64,000 bases of DNA from Saccostrea echinata (taxonomy: Eukaryota). The position numbers and the translations under genes are program-made. The notes below the pieces were generated by a model. That model searched no databases. It saw only the letters and a list, made by a program, of their open reading frames with translations, and was not told the origin of the DNA. This document shows positions 59,701 to 64,000 of the stretch, piece by piece. The DNA is taken from positions 62,001 through 126,000 of the forward strand of contig NW_026889855.1 of NCBI RefSeq assembly GCF_033153115.1. Reading direction: 5' to 3'. The first letter of the stretch is position 1, and every line of letters begins with the position of its first letter.

Positions 59701-60514
59701 GTTGTAATAATTATAATACACGACAGCCCGATTTTGATGTATTAAGTTGAGAGAAATGCACGGAAATTGTAGGGCACCTTAACAAATAGCTTGCAGCCAC
59801 AACCGTTAACATTATTTGCAGGAATAATGTGTACGAAACATTTATTGTTTAAATGCATACGATTTGGTCGGCTGACAACAGCTGGACATACTTTACAAAG
59901 TTAAGCACATGGGAAAATGTTACATTTAGTTTGAAATACTTTGTCAAATTTAATATTTAAGTCCGCTTATCTTAATAATTACTACATGTATAACTTAGTA
60001 ACGCTTCGCATAAATAATAAACACCTATAAGATGATAGGGTATAGTTAAATGGAATTACAAGTACATGTGTATATTAAAGTTAGTATATTAAAGTTAGTA
60101 TCAGTAGGTTGGAAGAATTACTGTCGCTCTCGGTGCAACAGAACCAGAATATATCTATTTGAAAATAAATCAGTACATGAATTTAAACGGATAAAAAAAA
60201 TGATTGATTGTACTTCAAAAAAAAATTTTAACGCTCCTTGCGGATCGAACCAAATTTTTTCTCTTTTTCCTTGCAATGGACGGAAAACGCATACTACTGA
60301 GCTATCACCGCTATAGCCACTATACGGGTTTTTTAAAACGAGGACCGCATGTACACGTTGGATTTTTTTTTTGTTCTCCATTTTTTTTTATACTAATGCT
60401 TGTTAGTATCTTTGAATTAAAATGCACTCAAATAACGTTTCAAAATCATGGAGAGATGACCCAGAGATAACAAGTTTTTAGGAAAAAATGTTTAAAATTG
60501 TAGCATTTTGTATC

Positions 60515-62693
60515 AAACTATAATTCAGCCGATTACCAAAGCTTAAACGACGACTTAAAACAAGTTAAATGGGATGAGGCTGTGTTCAATTGTGAGAATA
60601 TTAGTGAAGTGAATATTAATTTTAATTTAAAATTAATGAACTATGTTGAGAAGTATATCCCTACAAAGGTCATAACTGTTTGATCCTCTGACAAACCTTT
60701 TATTACAAATGCAATTCGTAGGAAAATGAGGAAAAGAAATAGTAGACATTATGAAGCAAAACGTACAGATAGTCCTGTTCTCTGGCAAAAATTTAGAGGA
60801 ATTCGTAACGAAGTAGTCAACTTAGTACGAAAAGCTCGAAATGATTATAAAATAAAACTGGCCTCTCAACTTATAAAAAACTATGATATTTCAAAGGCCT
60901 TTGACAGGGTTTGGCACAAAGGACTTATCTTTAAACTTGAGAAAAATAGGCTTCCAAAATAATATTTTGGGCTGGATGAAAGATTACCTTACTGACAGGC
61001 AACAAAAAGTAAATATTGAAGGTTTTTCATCAACATTTAAAACTGTTGATGCAGGAGTACCCCAGGGATCTCTGCCAGGCCCATTTTTATTCTTAAGATA
61101 CATTAATGATATAACCGAAGGCATACTAGTACATAATGGTATCCGTTTATTTGCGGAAACATCATTGTTTGCTATAGTAGACGCCAATATTATTACTCCT
61201 ACATTGTCTCTTACAGCCGATCTTGTAAAAATAAAGAAATGGACCAACTCTTGGGCTGTAGATTTTAAAGCTGATAAAACAATTAATGTTAATTTTACAA
61301 GAAAGCAGCGACTTTTTCCAGACATTTTGGAGGAAATGGGGACATTATTGAACAATCCAGTAGCCATATACATCTAGGGCTACACCTTCAGTCCGATGGT
61401 AGTTGGAATAACCATATCTCTGCTATTTACGAAAAAGCTTGTAACAGATTTAATATTTTGAGATTATTAAAGCAAACACTTGATAGAAATTCTTTAATAA
61501 CGATATATCTTGCTTTCATTGGACCAGTCCTAGAATACGCAGATGTGGTATGGGATAATTGCTCTCAGGAAAATACAGAATTGTTATAATTAGAAAAGAT
61601 CCAAGTAGAAGCTGCAAGAATTATTACTGGTCTAAGGGTAAATTCTTCAAGATCAATTCTATACGATGAACTAGGTTGGGATTCATTACATCAGAGAAGA
61701 ATAAATCATAAACTTATATTATTTTATAAAATTGTCCACGGTATTGCCCCATATTTATCTTAGCGAATTATTACAGCCTTTCCAATCAGTGTATCATGTT
61801 GTAAATTTTGAATTTACCTCCCCCTAGTAAATTCAAAATTTACAACATGATAAGTGCATCATTCTTAAAGCTTACAGATTGAGATCAGACAGAAGTAATC
61901 TGTCTCTAACCATAATGTAGAACTGTATCTTACTATAACTTTTATTTCTTCAACTTCAACTATAAAACTGTGGAAGAATCTTAGCTCTGATGTAAAAATG
62001 TCACCTTCTTTATGAATTTTTAAGTCAAAAATAAAAATTAAACGACCATTTAGCAGTTGTAAATATTTTAACTATGGTAACAGAAACGAGAATATACTTC
62101 ACTGTCAATTTCTCAATAAAGCTAATAACCTTAATGCACACTTAAACAATCATTATATAATAGCTGATGCATCTTGTCGTAGGTGTGATTACCATAATGA
62201 GCACTATTTTATGAATTGTCCAGCATATAGCATACAAAGAAATAAACTAATAAAAGACCTACAACCTGAGCTAGGTGTACCGTATAAGCTAAAGATTTTT
62301 TTACATGGGTGTTCGGAGTTTTCGTATCAAACGAGCATCAACATACAAATTATGTACAAGAATATATCCATCCTCGTAAGCCAGGGGTCCTGAGTCAATA
62401 CATTACCGTTGGACGGCAACGTGTTGACCCAGGACCCCTGGCTTGCGAGGATGGAATATATACGGTTAACAAAACGTTTTTAAATACATTTCATTTTAAT
62501 ATATTCTTTTCACTATATGTTATTAATACAATTATATGTTATGCTTAATTCATCTGGATCCGTGTGTGTTTACCCGTATAATTGTAATACATATATTCAC
62601 TCAGTTCATTGTATTTTCTAACCTTGATTCTTGTATAGAGAGGGTATTTAAAGGCATTGCCTGTTGCCCAATCTATTCCGTATTCTGAATAAA
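60515..62693 (+). mobile_element. Decayed CR1/L2-group LINE ORF2 (reverse transcriptase) with 3' UTR
   Basis: Fragments YIPTK...DKPFITNAIR; DISKAFDRVWHKGLIFKL; GVPQGS.PGPFLFL.YINDI; catalytic motif degraded to LFAETSL; C-terminal CxxC...EHYFMNCP; internal deletion near 60880, frameshifts and stops; ends at AATAAA. Confidence 0.9.
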
Positions 62694-62695
62694 TA

Positions 62696-63700
62696 CGAGG
62701 GGCGTTCAATATTTTTTGTCCCTTATGGTTTTCAATATAAATTAGGACAGTCGATTCGGGATTTGGTCATCCCTGAATGAATATATCTTTTATTGACATT
62801 GTGTCAAAATTTGGAACAAGTCCGTGCACTCTGAAACAAACGCTTACAATAGCAAATGACCTACCCGAATACACTGGACATCAAGTATGGGTAAAACACG
62901 AGGTCTGGAGTCACTTGAAATTAGAAGGTATATTCTTGCTCGTTGTACCCTTGGTATAGAACGAAATGAAATATATGAAGAAATTTTTCGGATATATGGT
63001 GGGTCTGTTATTTCAAAAAAGACAGTTTACAGATGGGATAGCAAGTTTAAGAGTGAGAGAACACGTATTTCCGACGACAAACATTCAGGAAGACCGCTAA
63101 GAGCAGTCACCAAAAGTAATGTTTCCAAAATCCGTGATATTCTTAAGAAAGATGCACGACTTACCGTCAAAGAAATAGCAAGATGTGTAGGAATTTCAAC
63201 GGGTAGTGTTTTTACTATTTTAAAATCTAAATTAAAGTACCGTAAAATTTGTGCAAGGTGGATTCTACATGTACTTACCAAAGCTCAGAAACGAGATCGT
63301 TTACAAAAGTGCCAAAAACTTTTGAAAATGTTTAAAGATATGGGCAACAGGAAGCTTAGTCAGATTGTCACAGGTGACGAAATGTAGGTCCACTTTTTCC
63401 AGCCAGAAAGGAAAGTAAAAAATCAAGTCTGGATTGCAAAGAATATGAAGAGGCCAACAATTGCAAAAAGAACTCAAACTGCCAAGAAAGCTCTGTACGC
63501 AATATTTTTAAATCTAATGGATTAGTAGTTCAATATGCAGTCCCACAGGGCAAAATTGTCACTGGAAATATGTATTCTTCGTGTATACTTCCGAGACGTT
63601 ATAAATTTTACAAAAAATACGACCAAATACCGGCTTGAGAGGCATTAAACTTCTGCATGACAATGCTCCTGCCCATAAAGCAAAAGTGACAAAGGACTAT
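62696..63700 (+). mobile_element. Decayed mariner (Tc1/mariner) transposon, left TIR plus disrupted transposase
   Basis: TA|CGAGGGGCGTTCAAT left end; HTH region, WILHVL (WVPHEL-like), IVTGDE, later LLHDNAPAH. Confidence 0.9.
62887..63700 (+). pseudogene. Mariner transposase pseudogene
   Basis: ORF 62887-63387 stops (TAG replacing Trp) right after IVTGDEM; homology continues with frameshifts to HDNAPAH near 63660, then breaks off. Confidence 0.85.
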
Positions 63701-64000
63701 CTACCTGTTATAAGTATGGTGCTCTATAATTAGATACCTGTTAATGGTTGGATCAATTTAGATGACTTACTTATAACAGGTACAAGATCATAAGAAACTT
63801 GTAATGAAGGCATCTGCTTGTAACTGGTGCCAGATTACTAAGCAATCTAACAGGTAACAAATTAATACCATCCATTTGCATCCATTTGAATTTTTTAAAG
63901 TTGTTACAGATCGTAAAATAATAGTTTCTGACACAATATTGAAAGAGCCATTTAGAAGAGCGCTAGCGACTCAAATCACCGATGCTCATAACTAATTCAA

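Overview
Eukaryotic (animal) DNA, most likely a bivalve and probably an oyster, judged from the histone sequences and oyster-type repeats. Bases 1-51302 are the end of a tandem array of replication-dependent histone genes. There are four near-identical complete units of 11825, 14590, 11826 and 11823 bp, starting at 1, 11826, 26416 and 38242. Each has the order H2A(-), H2B(+), H4(-), H3(-), a 163-164 nt N-masked block, H1(-). A fifth, partial unit starts at 50065 and ends in a 5'-truncated H2A at 51302. All five genes carry the 3' stem-loop and, exactly 13 nt further on, a conserved GAAAAGAT(G/A)C downstream element. The spacers hold transposon relics fixed in every unit. One spacer site occurs in three states: empty (unit 4), filled by a 2767-bp CCCAG-ended element with an AA duplication (unit 2), and an apparent excision footprint AATTAA (units 1 and 3). 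The last ~2.3 kb of the array is more divergent than the interior. Bases 51303-64000 are a transposon-rich flank with no intact host gene visible: Kolobok-like and hAT-like MITEs, tRNA-containing mini-LTRs, Helentron-type tandem repeats, a SINE, a decayed CR1-like LINE and a decayed mariner. The recurring N block cannot be read. Its length and position suggest a hidden small-RNA gene (U1 snRNA is the best guess), but that is inference only.
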